63,567 bases of DNA, filler included, from Gonapodya sp. JEL0774 (GCA_027604505.1; 41 parts of 41 records of this genome joined end to end with filler, not necessarily neighbours in it); one strand, 5' to 3'; shown: positions 26,685 through 40,565, counted from the whole stretch's first letter. Notes: generated by a model from the letters alone, not told the origin. Translations and numbers: made by a program.

Positions 26685-28078
26685 TTCGGAGGCGGGATGC
26701 TTAGATCTCGAAGATGGTTTGGATTTGAGTTTATATTTGATTTTCTTCGGCGTGATTGAAAAAGATCCCGATAATTATGATGGCGCCACAAAGTGCATGC
26801 TTGACACATCGATAGGGGTCCGATTTAGGGTTGCCCCATTCTGACGCTATGTACGCTTTCGGGGAAACGATTGGACAACTCAATTCGAATTACGAAACGA
26901 GCTTGACTTATCGCCGGGACGAATCTGCAGCGACAAAACAGTGCAGTCTCGGGTTATGTTCGGCCAACCGAAAGCAAGTAGTCCCATGAAACAGTCATTC
27001 CAGTACATCTGTATTCTGGTGGGGTGTTGATCTTTGACCACTTTGTGGGGCATCCACGGACAGGCGATTTAAGGCATAATTCGTGATCGAAGCCTTGTTA
27101 TCTGATTTAGAAGTGTGGGGGCAACAGACTTTGATGGGCATCTCGAGGCGAAGATCCTCCTTATTATAAAATACCGGCCAACATATTGGTTCTACAGAAG
27201 ACTATCATGTGATCTGCACTCTTTTAACATGATAGAGGTTCCAGGGAACGGAATTACTCATTGTTTACTATGGCGGCTTGACCCCTCCTATGACGTCTGC
27301 AGAGTCCATGAACGGGGTTTAGTAAACGGGAGAGGCGGTCCAGATAACAGAAAATAACGAGCAGAACTTACACAGACGTAGTGGCATAAGCCCATACTCC
27401 AAGCTCCATACCGAGGCGCTCGCGCCTTTCGCGCTCCGAACGTGCCTTATCTTTGAGTTGGACGTTCGTGCGGTTGATCAGCGTGAGTTCAAATAACTGG
27501 TCGTGCTTGATGGCGATCCAGTCACAACCATATCTTTTTTAAAAGCAATCGGTTGATCACGTGTGCGGATATTCACGGTGTTAATCCTACTCACTTTTCG
27601 AGACCAGCCTCGAGAGCTTCGGTCTCTGCCTCCGTCCAACGATGATTCATCCTCGGTTGCTTGGGAATTATTATCCGAGGCATTGGTGGAACCGGATCCA
27701 TATATTCAACAGGGGCCACGACAGGTAGGGGCCGCTCAGGTGTCTCAATTTCGTGGACGGTTCTGGCACGGCGCTGGGGAACAGGACTTGGACTTGCCCC
27801 GTGATTACCCCGAAGAGCTGTCAGATCTGCTGCTACTGAAGAGGCAACGGAAGCTGCGAGAGCTACCGCTTTTGCTTGGATTGCGTTGAATTTCCGGGAA
27901 ACTGGTACTTCTAAACGATCTGATAGTAGTTGTCAGCATTCCACTCCAGGTATGACACTCGCCAAAAACAAAATAAACNNNNNNNNNNNNNNNNNNNNNN
28001 NNNNNNNNNNNNNNNNNNNNNNTTAATTAATTAANNNNNNNNNNNNNNNNNNNNNNNNNNNNNNNNNNNNNNNNNNNN

Positions 28079-29469
28079 CAGAATGGCGCAAGATTCCTTC
28101 CCCCGAGTACTCAACAAAATGGCTCCATCGCTCTGATTGTGATGAATTCTTATCGCTGAGCGCTGCCGCTGCCACTTTGGAAGCCGCGGATGGTGGCGTT
28201 TCCAGCGGGGAGAGCGGCGCTTCACCTGGCGCGGACAGCTCGACTCAATCTACATTCGACTACGACCAAATTGTTGAAGACGATATCGAAGAAGCTGATG
28301 ACACTGCAGTCGCCGAGTCCATGGACGGAGAAGTGTGCCAAGAGACGTTTGAGTACACCATCACGGTGGACCGCAATTGGCGCCGTCCGGCTCCCGTTCT
28401 TCGCTCGGTACCCTCGGGAAACGGTTTTACAACGGCTCCTATGCCCATCATCACACCATTTGATTTCAAAGCCCGTCCGCCGGCTCCTACTACATCTCAG
28501 AAATCACCCTCATCCTCCTCTCTCCACTCCAAAATCACTAAAATCACATCAGATGAGCTTCAGAACACACGCATGGGCATTCTACTCAATCCTCGCGATA
28601 CCGAAGGCATCCAGGTGGTGGAGATGTTTGGTCTGTTTCCTGTCATTCCAGAACCATGTAGTCCACAGTTTTTAATTCTTACGTTTTACATCTTCCAGAG
28701 GCTGATCCTAGGCTTCTCCCACCGACTCTGGTTTACAACCGTCCAGTCCGGTTTTCACGAGTGGGTGAGGACACCGTGGTGAGCAAGACGATATTCAAAG
28801 AGTGGGTAAGCAACGAATGCAGTGTTCTGGCGCTCAAAGTGGCACGAGTGAAGTGCAACTAATATCGTGGAGAGTATACTGAAACCAATGTTTTGCATTC
28901 GTCAAACTTTCAGCGTCAAATCCGCTTCACAAAAGCTCAAGGACATGCGTCTCCCGTTTGTTTGCAGCATGTGCTCTCGAGCAGTGAGTACAACATGTTC
29001 GCTGGTTTTTGACATGCCATGTACCTCGATCGCCAGCACCCAACACTGATTGCAACCATGACCTGTGCGATCCACCTAGTTTTCCCGAAAAGCCAAAGCG
29101 ACTCGCCATGAAAGTACTTGCAGAGGCGAAACCGCATCCCTCTCCACCCGCCGCTCATCCGCTTCCTCTGCTCCCATTCCAACTTCGTCCACACGCCTCC
29201 GCTCCGGAAAAAGAATGAGCCTGGACGCCCGCTCTTCCTATTCTTCCACCATGGCACGTAGGAAAGGATCTCATGGCGGCGAAGTAGATGAGAGTGGTCG
29301 CGGAAAATCGCCCGTAGGGATCGAATTGGCGGCCTCGTGGCCCGGAGTGGGAGGCCACATGAACAACGCGCGAAATTCTCCGTGGGCGAGTAAGAGAGAT
29401 GGTAATAGTGACCACGATACGGAAATGACCTTCAAGGATGAAGAGGACGGGGAGGATATGTCCGAGTAG
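28079..29469 (+). CDS. Hypothetical multi-exon protein (5' partial)
   Basis: Long acidic/Ser-rich exon and a spliced CxxC..C segment. No family recognised. Confidence 0.35.
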
Positions 29470-30011
29470 GCGTGGTGTTGATCACCACTATTGCCTGGAC
29501 GCAAAGGTGCTCTCTTCGTTTACCATCTGGCGGNNNNNNNNNNNNNNNNNNNNNNNNNNNNNNNNNNNNNNNNNNNNTTAATTAATTAANNNNNNNNNNN
29601 NNNNNNNNNNNNNNNNNNNNNNNNNNNNNNNNNCCAATATTTTCCCCCGTGCCACATACCTTGTGTGCACCAAAGTCGTGATAACTAAATTCTGCGCAAC
29701 CTCTCTAATGACCCGATTTTGCTTGTATCAAGACCGTGAACAAGGAAATTGCAGATTAGACGATACGCAGACCAGCGGTTGCGATGCGACAAATCAAGTA
29801 TGCTGCCGCTCGTTGATGTACATCGAGTAATAGAATAAGATGGATGGTCACTCGGGTGTTTTCGGATTGCGCTGTGGGCTGTCGGGATACCTCGCCCACT
29901 GAGGTGGGCACCGAAAGACACGTTTTCACGACGATCAAGTGGGATAAAACCATCACGGTAACTGGAACTGGCGTGGTTTTTCTCGGGAATAATTCAAGCA
30001 AACCTGCCACC

Positions 30012-31088
30012 ATGGCATCTCGCCCCTTCCAACGACGCATCCCGTGTGCCCTGAACAGATTGAGCTCTCGAATGTTTCGTATCGCCGGTGAGTGTCATGT
30101 CTGCCGATTCCATCCATTTCCACGATAAATAAGTCAATGAAACAATTACTTACCCCCTTTTTTAGTCCCGTCCTTGAGACCTCCAACGGGACCCGGAATC
30201 GCTCGACCATCCATGTCCGCCGGGCGAACGATGACGGCATCCTTCTTCACAGACACCGGGAGTGTCACGCAGTTCATTGGATTCTGGAAGGGACTGGCGG
30301 TGGCTGGAGGAGTAGGAGGGTCTGTCGGATATTGTGGGTCCTTCTTTTGGCAGATGTTGGCAGGGACTGACGCACGTTTCACCCACCATGCCGTTCTCAT
30401 TCAGATATTCACCGGTATATTGAGATTCTTACCTTAACCATGTCTTCAGGTCTCATGTTTGTGACTGCTTTGGTGTCCCAGAATGCGCAACCCTCGACCA
30501 TCCCTCCCTTTCGGCGATCCTACCAAACCGCATTTGGTTGTCCTCGGCTCTGGATGGGCATCCATGTCGCTAATCAACTCTCTTGATACGAGGAATTGGA
30601 ATGTAACTGTGGTGTCTCCGAGGAAGTATGTATGCTGCGTTCGTGTTGATGGGATGGTTTTCAAGAACATGGACATGACAACCGCCGTCACCTCAGTTAT
30701 TTCCTCTTTACACCACTCCTTCCTTCATGCACTGTCGGAACTCTTGAGCTACGGTCTATCGTATGCCCCATACGCTTCATCACGTGAGCTGCAGGGCGGA
30801 GTGCTGCGTGACGTTCTCCGATTGTTCCGGCCATCACTCCAACGTCGCTTCCTCCCAGAGGACACAAGAAGCGCACTGTCAAGTACATCGAAGCTGATGT
30901 CACTGATATAGATCCTAAATCTCGAGAGGTCACGTTGAAGAGCACACAAGGTATAACGCTAATCGAGGCTTTTGTTCACTCGCAAGTGTTCTATGCAAAC
31001 ACACTCACCATTCATTTTCAGGTAGTCTGGAACTGGCCGGAAACTTGGACGGAGCCACTGTGCCGTACGACTTCTTGGTAGTCGGAGT
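30012..31088 (+). CDS. NDE1: Alternative (type II) NADH dehydrogenase, mitochondrial (3' partial)
   Basis: [55 protein letters not shown]. Confidence 0.93.
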
Positions 31089-31209
31089 NNNNNNNNNNNN
31101 NNNNNNNNNNNNNNNNNNNNNNNNNNNNNNNNTTAATTAATTAANNNNNNNNNNNNNNNNNNNNNNNNNNNNNNNNNNNNNNNNNNNNTTGCGTGAATGA
31201 ACCTTCACA

Positions 31210-32154
31210 ATGACAACTTTCGAAAAGGGAGGCCAGCGCGGGATATTTCATCGAGATCCAGAATGCCAAGAGGGCTTTTTCCATACCTACGATTGCCTCT
31301 TCCTTCCCAGTTCGAATTTGCTTCCCGAGTCGGATCCTTCCAAGAAAACTCACCACCAATCCCACAAAGTTCATATTTTCCTTCCAAACGACTATGAAAC
31401 GTCTGGATCGAGATATCCTGTTGTGTATTGTTTTGACGGCCACTCAGTATTCTGGCATGGTGGGGCGTTCAATAAAACCGTGGCGATGGGCAATGTTGTG
31501 AGCTGGTTGTGGGGTGAAGGATCCCTGGCGCGTCTCATCATCGTCGCCGTGCATCCTGTAGATCGTGAGCTCGAGTACACGGATACAGAGTGGGCGCCGG
31601 GTAGGGCGTACGGCGGGTTACCGGGTCATGCACAGTGGATGGTCGAACTCAAGCGGTGGATGGACCAGAGTTATCGGACAGATTCGAGCGCTAACCGGAC
31701 TTGCATACTTGGAGCTAGCCACGGTGGCCTGGCAGCATTCTATACGGCCATGTCGTATTCTGACTATTTCGGACTCTGTGTCGCATACTCGCCCTCGTTT
31801 TGGGTCGGACAGAGCTACGCGCGGCTCTCGATCGGTGCGGCCACGGGAATGGCTATATCTGGCCGCCCGGATATCTTCAGCAAACTGCCGTCGTTCGAGT
31901 CAACGTCCAACGCTCCTCGGCCGAAACTGGTACTGAAGTACGGTCTGCTGACCAGCGGTGGGTTTCGCAATTCGTTCGTTGAGCGGTGGTCGGCCGCGTC
32001 GACGAAGAAGGCCATTCAAGTGCTACGGGATGAATGGGGGTATGAAGACGGGACGGACTTGTTTGTAAGCGAAGACCCGAACGGTGGGCACGATGAAGAG
32101 ACTTGGAAAGGTTGGTTGCCGGATTCACTGAAGTTGTTTTATGCTAACACGTAA
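31210..32154 (+). CDS. Putative esterase (Fes/IroE-like alpha/beta hydrolase), intronless
   Basis: IFLPNDY..RYPVVYCFDG, GASHGG nucleophile, SPSFW, GHDEETW. Confidence 0.88.
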   Translation: MTTFEKGGQRGIFHRDPECQEGFFHTYDCLFLPSSNLLPESDPSKKTHHQSHKVHIFLPNDYETSGSRYPVVYCFDGHSVFWHGGAFNKTVAMGNVVSWLWGEGSLARLIIVAVHPVDRELEYTDTEWAPGRAYGGLPGHAQWMVELKRWMDQSYRTDSSANRTCILGASHGGLAAFYTAMSYSDYFGLCVAYSPSFWVGQSYARLSIGAATGMAISGRPDIFSKLPSFESTSNAPRPKLVLKYGLLTSGGFRNSFVERWSAASTKKAIQVLRDEWGYEDGTDLFVSEDPNGGHDEETWKGWLPDSLKLFYANT

Positions 32155-32742
32155 AGCTACAAATATCTATGTATTCTTGTTATTAAGTATAAAGATTCGT
32201 GTGAAAGTGACGGAAGTATTTTGGCTGGAAGTCTGATTCCACATAGCCCCCAAGCCATCATTTTAATACACATGTCTGGGCCGACAGGCCCCCGTGCACG
32301 TCGCAGCAAGCCGATTCCGCCAGCTCCTCGGCCCGACTCGGTCGATGATGGTGAAGGAGCAGGGGTGAACGGGCTGCAACCGGATCTCCGACCGACAGCG
32401 GACGGATGTGCTCTTATGGGGCAGGATGACGAACAGCCAATCGTGCAAGTTCTCGATATCTATCGATGTACGTGTTGGGTCTTTTCTCCAAGTGTTTTGG
32501 GCTCGGAGTGGTTTCAAGTTACCGACATCATTGCGAAACCGAGTGATTGATTTGATCCACCGCTCTGCGGTACCCTTCAACCGGCTGATCCAACATATTC
32601 AGATTCGCTCGATCTCCCGTATTTTGCTGCTCTCGAATCCAANNNNNNNNNNNNNNNNNNNNNNNNNNNNNNNNNNNNNNNNNNNNTTAATTAATTAANN
32701 NNNNNNNNNNNNNNNNNNNNNNNNNNNNNNNNNNNNNNNNNN

Positions 32743-33772
32743 GGACGACATATTGACAATTGAGCACGCTTCCTGGTGCGAAAGAAGATGGTCAATATGA
32801 TTGGGATCGCGCCGCGACATTGCCGATAACCTCACAGATGCTGCGTTCTTTTTCATAGATTTGATGGCGTACTACATTGGTGAGTGTAGTAGAGGTCGAG
32901 GCAACAGCAGATCAGTATATTATCGGGGAAACCGAAGAACATAGTGCCGTCAATAACACAGGACATTGGTATCTGTATACACATACCTTATGACCCAAGA
33001 ATACCCCCTCCGTGTTCACTCTTTGCGTTACACGCCAGCTCTCCAGTGGTAGGTTCTCAATGCCACCGGCGGCGTCTTCCGAGGGTCCGCCGACGCCGGC
33101 GTTGTTCACAAGCACGTCGAGCACTCCACTATCACACAGGACGGAATACGCTGGGTCAAGGAGAGCTCAAAAAACTCGCCGATACCTGAAACAATTACAG
33201 CTCAGATTCGACTCTGTAAAATATATCAGTCGGGAAGTTCAATAGTTCCGAGTGTGTCAAGACAGGTCGTATGATCCATTTCCACATCACTCACTGCTCT
33301 ACAGCCTTCTCCCACTGTTCTTCGCTGGTTACATCACTATGATCGTGAGATGGAAAATTAAGTGCGTGGTAGTCAGTCGTCGAGTCGCTGTGGTCGATCA
33401 CATCAGAATGCTCACAGTGGAACCCAAATGGCTTTCCCACCGAAACCGGTGATTTCCTTGACGAGCTCTAAAGAAATTCGGCATCATAAATGATTGGGTC
33501 TGTTCGGAAGGCTGCATATCAACTAAAAACGAGAAATGATACCACTCACCCTGGCCCTCCTTCTCCCTGGAGGGAATGTCGCTTACAGCGACGGCAGCTC
33601 CTTCCTTTGCCATGAGAATAACATCTTCCCTTCCGATCCCACGACTCGCCGATCCAGTTACGAGACAGACACGGCCCTTCCCCTGTTCAGCACCCCCCAC
33701 AGCAAGACCTCAGTTCAGAATGCGAAACCGCCCTCACTTCTGTCACTCACGTACCGTGGACTTGTTCACCAT
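32743..33772 (-). CDS. Classical short-chain dehydrogenase/reductase (multi-exon, 3' partial)
   Basis: VCLVTGSASRGIG, KEGAAVAVSD, LDVLVNNAG, VNTEGVFLG. Confidence 0.9.
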
Positions 33773-34638
33773 GCGACTACCAAGAGTTGGGGCAGTCATC
33801 GTTGTTGAACTTGCAGAAACAATCGAGCCATTTGAGTCTGAGTCGGCTGCCGTCTCCCGACAAACGGCATACAGGGAATTTACCCGTTCCGCGCTGGGAG
33901 ACTCAGCTTCTCGTTGAGGTGGTCGCGGCGAGAACCACACGCGGGATCGATTCCATTAACACGATCAGGGTCATGATTACGACGAATATTTGCGGGCGGG
34001 AGAATCCCGGGGGCTCGGGTGATGCGCTTTTGGCAGCATCGCTTGCTCTACTCTTTCAGTATTCTATCGGTTACTATAATGGAAAAGATGTTTGCTGTGG
34101 AACGAACGGAATGAACGGCGCGCATTGAAAAAATGAATATATTACGCCGTTATATTCACACACAAACGGGATTGATTCTCCCGATGAAGGCACTCANNNN
34201 NNNNNNNNNNNNNNNNNNNNNNNNNNNNNNNNNNNNNNNNTTAATTAATTAANNNNNNNNNNNNNNNNNNNNNNNNNNNNNNNNNNNNNNNNNNNNACCA
34301 AGAACAATTGCTGATATTGCCAGCATTGAGTCATTTCACAGGGTTGCAATCCTTTACCTGTGGCTCAGGTGAGATTAGTTCTAGCATGAGGACACTCACA
34401 CTCCTGAAAATCATCTGCACTCCTTTCTTTCTCTCAGTTTCCGATTCCCCCAGTCTTTCACAAACCAGGCAACTGTGTCAGACTTCAAGCAAGTATGTGA
34501 AACTCTCATTAATGGCTTCTTGCAAGAGTTACCTGCAGAGTCATGGAGGAGGGATAAGAAGTCTGGGGCCCTCCACCTGAGTAACCAACATCACACCCAT
34601 AATTAGAGATATGACATTGAAAGCACGGTACCGTTTTA

Positions 34639-35749
34639 TGTTGCAATACCTGCTAAACCTTGCAGTAATGTAACTGCCTTTGTTTTGCACCATCACATGG
34701 CTGACAAAGTACTGCATCCTTGAGAGTTGATTACATCGGGAATAGCACATAGTAAATAGAGGGGTGTGTGGCACAGTGATTGAGAATATATCTGAGTAGG
34801 CGGACACAAGGGGAGGGCTGAATAGAAAATAATGGTAGCCAAACAATCCTGATGAACCCGGCCTTTTGATAGCGTACAGAGAGATCTGTAGATCACCACA
34901 ATCAGCAAAGTAGGAACAGTGAAAGTCTTTGCTGTATGCTCGATCAAGTGTGTCTGCTAAGGAGACCCCTCCATCGCTCTTGTGCTACCAAGAAATAAAT
35001 GAGAGAAGATGGAGGCCTGATGGTGGGTTTTTCAATTAGTGACACTTGGCACAACACAAACATTACCGGGGAAATGGAGGGTTCCCGCCCCTGAGATCGC
35101 AATCGCTCCAAATTTACTTCCATTAATTCCAACACCTTCCCAATACAATCTCAAGAATCCAGCCTATCAATATCGCTCTTTGGTGCAAGATCAGCTCAAT
35201 TCCCATCGTTTCTTTTTGTCAACCCTCCATTGGTTTGGATGTTCAATGCTCTGGATCACAGACAGCCACTCCACCAGCGAAACAGCCTTTCGGCTTTTCA
35301 ACCAACTCCCAAGTCCCGAATTTGCGCAGTGCTCCAACTTCCTCTTCCATTGCCAATTGCCAATATTCTGCGTAAGGGCCACTCATGGCCTCTCTGTAAG
35401 ACTTTGGCTCGTCAATTTGTTCAAACTTCTCAAGTATGACATTCAACACAAGCGGATCTGCAGAATCATCAGAATCAGAGTCAAAAGGACTGTTTTCCAC
35501 AGTTCCACGTTCACTCCCCCTGGCAATAAACTCCGGTGGGTTGTTACTCATATCTGCAACTGGATCAGGTGAGCTATCACGTCTAACACGTGTAAGACGT
35601 TCAGGAGTTGGACTTGCAGGTTCTGGAAATCTGTGTGAGACACGTGACGCTCTCTGCAGTTTTGGAGGCTCTGAAGGTGCAGGACGGGGTGGTGGTGTTT
35701 GTTGACGTACAGGTACTTCTGGCACAACATCCACTACATCAGGTGCAAT
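34639..35749 (-). mobile_element. Internally deleted copia element: integrase-RT linker, RT start, PPT and a 3' LTR of about 496 bp
   Basis: EPKSYREAM..WQLAMEEEVGALRKFGTWELV breaks off near 35285. A purine tract (TTGGGAAGG) precedes TGTTGGAAT at 35134, with a matching inverted end TGTTGCAAT at 34639. Confidence 0.8.
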
Positions 35750-35849
35750 NNNNNNNNNNNNNNNNNNNNNNNNNNNNNNNNNNNNNNNNNNNNTTAATTA
35801 ATTAANNNNNNNNNNNNNNNNNNNNNNNNNNNNNNNNNNNNNNNNNNNN

Positions 35850-37155
35850 GAATCGAGTTCCTCACCTTTCCCAAGTACTTCATCAAGACTCCGAGAATAC
35901 CCGTGGTTGAATAACGGAAGAACTCCGTCGTGACAACTCCGGGATTCAGAGAGCTTTTCGAAAATAATGTTAGTAGGCGTTCGCCGCAGGGAATCAAACT
36001 GTTGGACGACGGGAATCGACTCACTTGCAAAACACGGGGAAAGATTGCCCATGCTTATCATCTAATCGCCTTTGTAGCGCGTTTACCATCAGAATATTTG
36101 CAAGCTTGGTTTCCGCTATAATATTCGATGGGCCAAGAAGGTTCCGCTCCAATCCGAGATCCCGTCAACGTCTAATGCTCAATCTCACTCACGGTATCGT
36201 GCGAGTGGACGGTAACTTTTCTCATCGTTCACCTTATCCAGCGCAATGCCCTCTGGTGGCACCCAAATACTACCGTCAGACGATACAGCGACAATGCGAA
36301 CAGGTGTGCCGTTCAAGGCGGTTTTCTCAATGGAGGGGAGTAGCCTTTTGACGAGGAGAAAGTGGGATAGATGATTTCTGTGAAGGAGGTGGCCAGCCCG
36401 ATAGAGTTGTTATGCGAGAGGGAGTGTCGAGTGTGGCACTTGAGCAGTTAAGTCACGAGCACACTGCAAAGCCAGTGACTTACATTGCCTGAGAGAACGA
36501 TTGCATAGAGAGAGAAAGGACTCGTCAGACCTATGGCCCCATGGTTACCGGGGAACTTGAAACCCTCACAAACTGTTTCTCAATCCCGTCCTTTGAAAGC
36601 TCAAAGTTGGAGAAGACAGCTCCTGCGTTCATGATGAACATGTTCACAGGTAGGTCCCGCTCGAGAAAAGTCGCAGCCGCCCGGTCTACTGATGCAAGAT
36701 CGTCAAGATTCGCTTCAATGTACTCGACCTAATCGAATTTGAAGTATGGCAGACTTTAGAACGAGCACTCCATTCGTGTCTATTCGGAGCGAGGGATTCA
36801 GACTCACCTTGGGGTTTCCTGTTGCTTTGAGTATTTCAGCAATGGCCGCATTTGACTTCTCCGGATTCCGGCCGATACAAATGACATGTGCCCCCCTCTT
36901 GGCCCTGTCATGGATTCACCGTACAGTCGAGAATGTTCAATCGAGACTTTTGATGAGTGAAAACTCACAAAGCAGCGACGGTTGCCTTCCCGATTCCTGC
37001 AGATGCCCCAGTTATGAGAGCCACTTGGCCGGTGAGATCCTGACCGTTGAAGTGCAGTTACGATAGTCAACACAAGAAGGAAAGAGCAAATCCTCTTTTC
37101 AACTGCTTGTACTCACGGGAACATCCTCGTACTTGAACGTGATTGGTCTACTCAT
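35850..37155 (-). CDS. SDR, retinol dehydrogenase/WWOX-like (multi-exon, 3' partial)
   Basis: DLTGQVALITGASAGIG, LDDLASV, MNAG, RIVAVSS, KLANIL, PGVVTTE. Confidence 0.88.
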
Positions 37156-37402
37156 GATCGATGATCACAATTCCCAACGCACTTTCAAAACTTGACCGCC
37201 GGGCATCCGTATTCGCATTATGAATGGCTGGGAGATCGCAGTGAAGCTCATCCGTCGCTTACTAAACACCGGATGAACGCACAAGCGAAACCGAACTGGA
37301 TGNNNNNNNNNNNNNNNNNNNNNNNNNNNNNNNNNNNNNNNNNNNNTTAATTAATTAANNNNNNNNNNNNNNNNNNNNNNNNNNNNNNNNNNNNNNNNNN
37401 NN

Positions 37403-38853
37403 CCACGCAAGACAAGGTCACGAACGCGAAGAAGTTGCGGCAGAGATTTGTCGGTGCCTGTATGCGAGTACGAAGACAGTTGCAATTGGATTAACGTACT
37501 CACTTTCTTTCGAAGATCAAACGAACCTTTGAGTCTCCCCACACTCCGCTCCCAAAACACGTGCACCTCACTCTTCTCTCCCGCTCCAGCGCTCAAATCG
37601 AGCCTTCCAAGACCTTCTGCAAATTCGTCGCACTTCTTCTTGCTGAAGGTGAACACAACGCACGGCAGCAGATCCTTTTTCTTCAGGTACGTGACCAGTT
37701 GTGGGAGTACCGTCCTAGCCTTTTCAGGAGTCAGCTCTGCCGGACGAGATGCCCCATACCGAACAGTGGATTGAGGCGCCGTTCCACCTCTTCCTCTACC
37801 TCCCCTTGCATTTGGACCTGCACCCCTCTGTGCTCCCCTGCCGCCTCTCGCGGCTGCCATTGCCTGCTCCGCAGCCAACCTCTCCCTCTTTTCTCTCTCT
37901 TTCTTCTCCCCACTAGCTGCCTCGCGCGCCGCAGCGTGGTTCGCTGTGAGGAACCTCTTCTGAGAGTCAACGATAGGGAATACGGCACCGGCGCCGTTAG
38001 GGCCCGCGGAGGAGACGAACAGATTGTGCTCCAGGGGGACCGGCCGATAGAGTGTGGTTATGACGAAGATTGGGCGGGACTTGGTTCGACTGTTGCGTGT
38101 GCGGAGCTGGGTCAAAGTTCGAGCGACAATGAGTCAGGCCCTCATCATTCAGACAATACTTACCCTACCCAGTCAGCAAATTCTTTCGCGTTTGGAACTG
38201 TCGCAGACAACAGAATAATGTTGACGTGCGCCGGGAGCATTATTATCACTTCCTCCCAGACCACACCCCGCTTCGTTCGAGGTGGAAATTGACCCTGGTC
38301 AGCTCCACGAGTATGCGATCAGGACGAAAAGCGCCACGCACCTCTGCGTCGTTCAAATAGTGACACTCGTCAAAAACCACCCACTCGACATCTCGTACCA
38401 AGTCAGCTCCTCTGTACAACATACTCCTCAAAATCTCAGTCGTCATGACCAAACACCCTGCCTCAGGCCGAATTTGCACATCACCAGTCAGAATTCCCAC
38501 GTTTTCTTCGCCAAAAGTTGTTCGAAAGTCGCGGAATTTCTGGTTCGAGAGAGCCTTAATGGGAGAAGTGTACACGCACCGAGTGACGTGTTTCAGGCAC
38601 AAGGCTACGGCGTATTCAGCGACCACCGTCTTTCCCGCACTAGTATGTGCAGCAATAAAGACTGACTCGCCCCGTTCAAGGCGATACACGGCATGCTTTT
38701 GAAAAGGATCAAGGGTGAATGGAAAAGTATGCGCCAGTACCGGCACCGTGCGAGAGAAGTCCGGAATGGGTTTCGAGATGTCGACAGAGCGGGCGAACGT
38801 GGTGGGTGGTATCGAGCGTGGGGTGGTGAGGGAAGGTTTGAGGGAGAGGGACT
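37403..38853 (-). CDS. SKI2: Ski2-like DExH RNA helicase (internal part)
   Basis: [66 protein letters not shown]. Confidence 0.96.
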
Positions 38854-39283
38854 NNNNNNNNNNNNNNNNNNNNNNNNNNNNNNNNNNNNNNNNNNNNTTA
38901 ATTAATTAANNNNNNNNNNNNNNNNNNNNNNNNNNNNNNNNNNNNNNNNNNNNACACGGCCTGTAAGCCGATTCCGCGCGTGCTCGGGACTATTACTGCA
39001 ATTGCACGGTTTGTGTGTGCGCCTGCAGAAAGAAATCATGGGGTCATCGAAAACGGCTGTTTTGCAACACGACGAGGATAAAGAGCACAAACGAGAATGT
39101 ATTCAGAAACTTTATAAAAGCAACATGGCGGGCTCCGCTGTTCTGTTCAGGGGTGGTATAAGATGGGGTATTTTCATCAGCAGTGGTCACGACACCATTG
39201 CACTCAACTTGGTTGTGAACAGCAATCACATCAGTTGCTTCGAATTGCCAGATTTTCATTGCGCGTTTCCATCTCAAGCGTAA

Positions 39284-40069
39284 ATGCAACGTCCCAAAGG
39301 AGTTCCGGTACCGAAGGGTCCACCCGTAGACGTCTCGGTGAGCGAAGACCTGTTCGCGACAGTTTTGCGTTCACATCTCAATGCGCGTCGCTCCAATCTC
39401 GGGCAAACTCGCGCCGAGTACAGAAATTGTCGGAAGAGGAGCGCATCTTCTATGAGAAGTACGGCCGATTGCCGCCCAAGAAGGGAGATTTACTGGCAGG
39501 ACGGTTGAAGGTGAGTTGAAAACGAGGTCGAAACAGGGGCCTTCTGGAGAACCTTCGAACGGAAGAGCGGTAGCTCCATGTTCTCAGGCATCTTGTCGCG
39601 ATTTGGATATGCTTGAAGAACATCACTGTTTGCCAACTGGACTTTCCCATTGGGCTCAATATTCTCATGTCGATCCCTACTTAGTTACATTACGTTATAT
39701 CATAACTCATCCTATCTCCCCATGTCTGTTACAAACTCATTTAAATTCTAGGGCTCTGACCGAAAATTCTTCGACTCGGGCGACTACGCTCTCTCGCAAG
39801 CCGGGAAGGCGAAACCTTCGGACGTAGGCTCTGCCCATCCCGTCCCTGACCGCATACCTCATTCCGTACCAGCCCATCTGCAAGTCGCGCAACCCGGTCA
39901 CCCTGCCATCGCCGTGCCGGCTGCGGGGTTGTCTCCGGGACCGCATGCAGCTGGAGGGGGTGCAAATGGATTGGCGAAGAGCCCGGTCAGGGAAAGTGGG
40001 TTGGCGAGGGAGCAAAAGCCTGAAGGGAACGTTGATGGTGATGGAAAGGGTGATACGGAGATGGCATGA
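39284..40069 (+). CDS. Endosulfine/ARPP-19 (Igo1-like), three exons
   Basis: KLSEEERIFYEKYGRLP...RKFFDSGDYALS...HPVPDRIPH. Confidence 0.9.
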
Positions 40070-40565
40070 GGAGGAGGTGGCGAATATCGGGTCACAAAGG
40101 TCGCAATCGGTTAGCCCAGTCAGAACGGTTATCTGGTCGTTGGTGCGGGCTACCGAGAAGGAACATAGGCACTATTGGCAAGAACGTGATGCAAGTTATC
40201 TGGATGGACACGGAAAGACGACGTCACTTTGAGGAGCAGTGGAAGAGAAGATGTCGAGATCGTTCCCGGCGCACAGTTCCACAGTCCGGCAGTCACATCC
40301 ACGTTTATCCCCGGATTATGTGATCACTCAGTCATTTTCATCTTCTTTGATGTCTCTTAGTTGTTTTCACGGTGATCTTTCGCTGTGTATGGAGGTTTAG
40401 TCGNNNNNNNNNNNNNNNNNNNNNNNNNNNNNNNNNNNNNNNNNNNNTTAATTAATTAANNNNNNNNNNNNNNNNNNNNNNNNNNNNNNNNNNNNNNNNN
40501 NNNCTCACTGCTACACCATGTATTGAGTGTCAAACACGAAGGTCAAATAATCAGGCAACCCAAAG

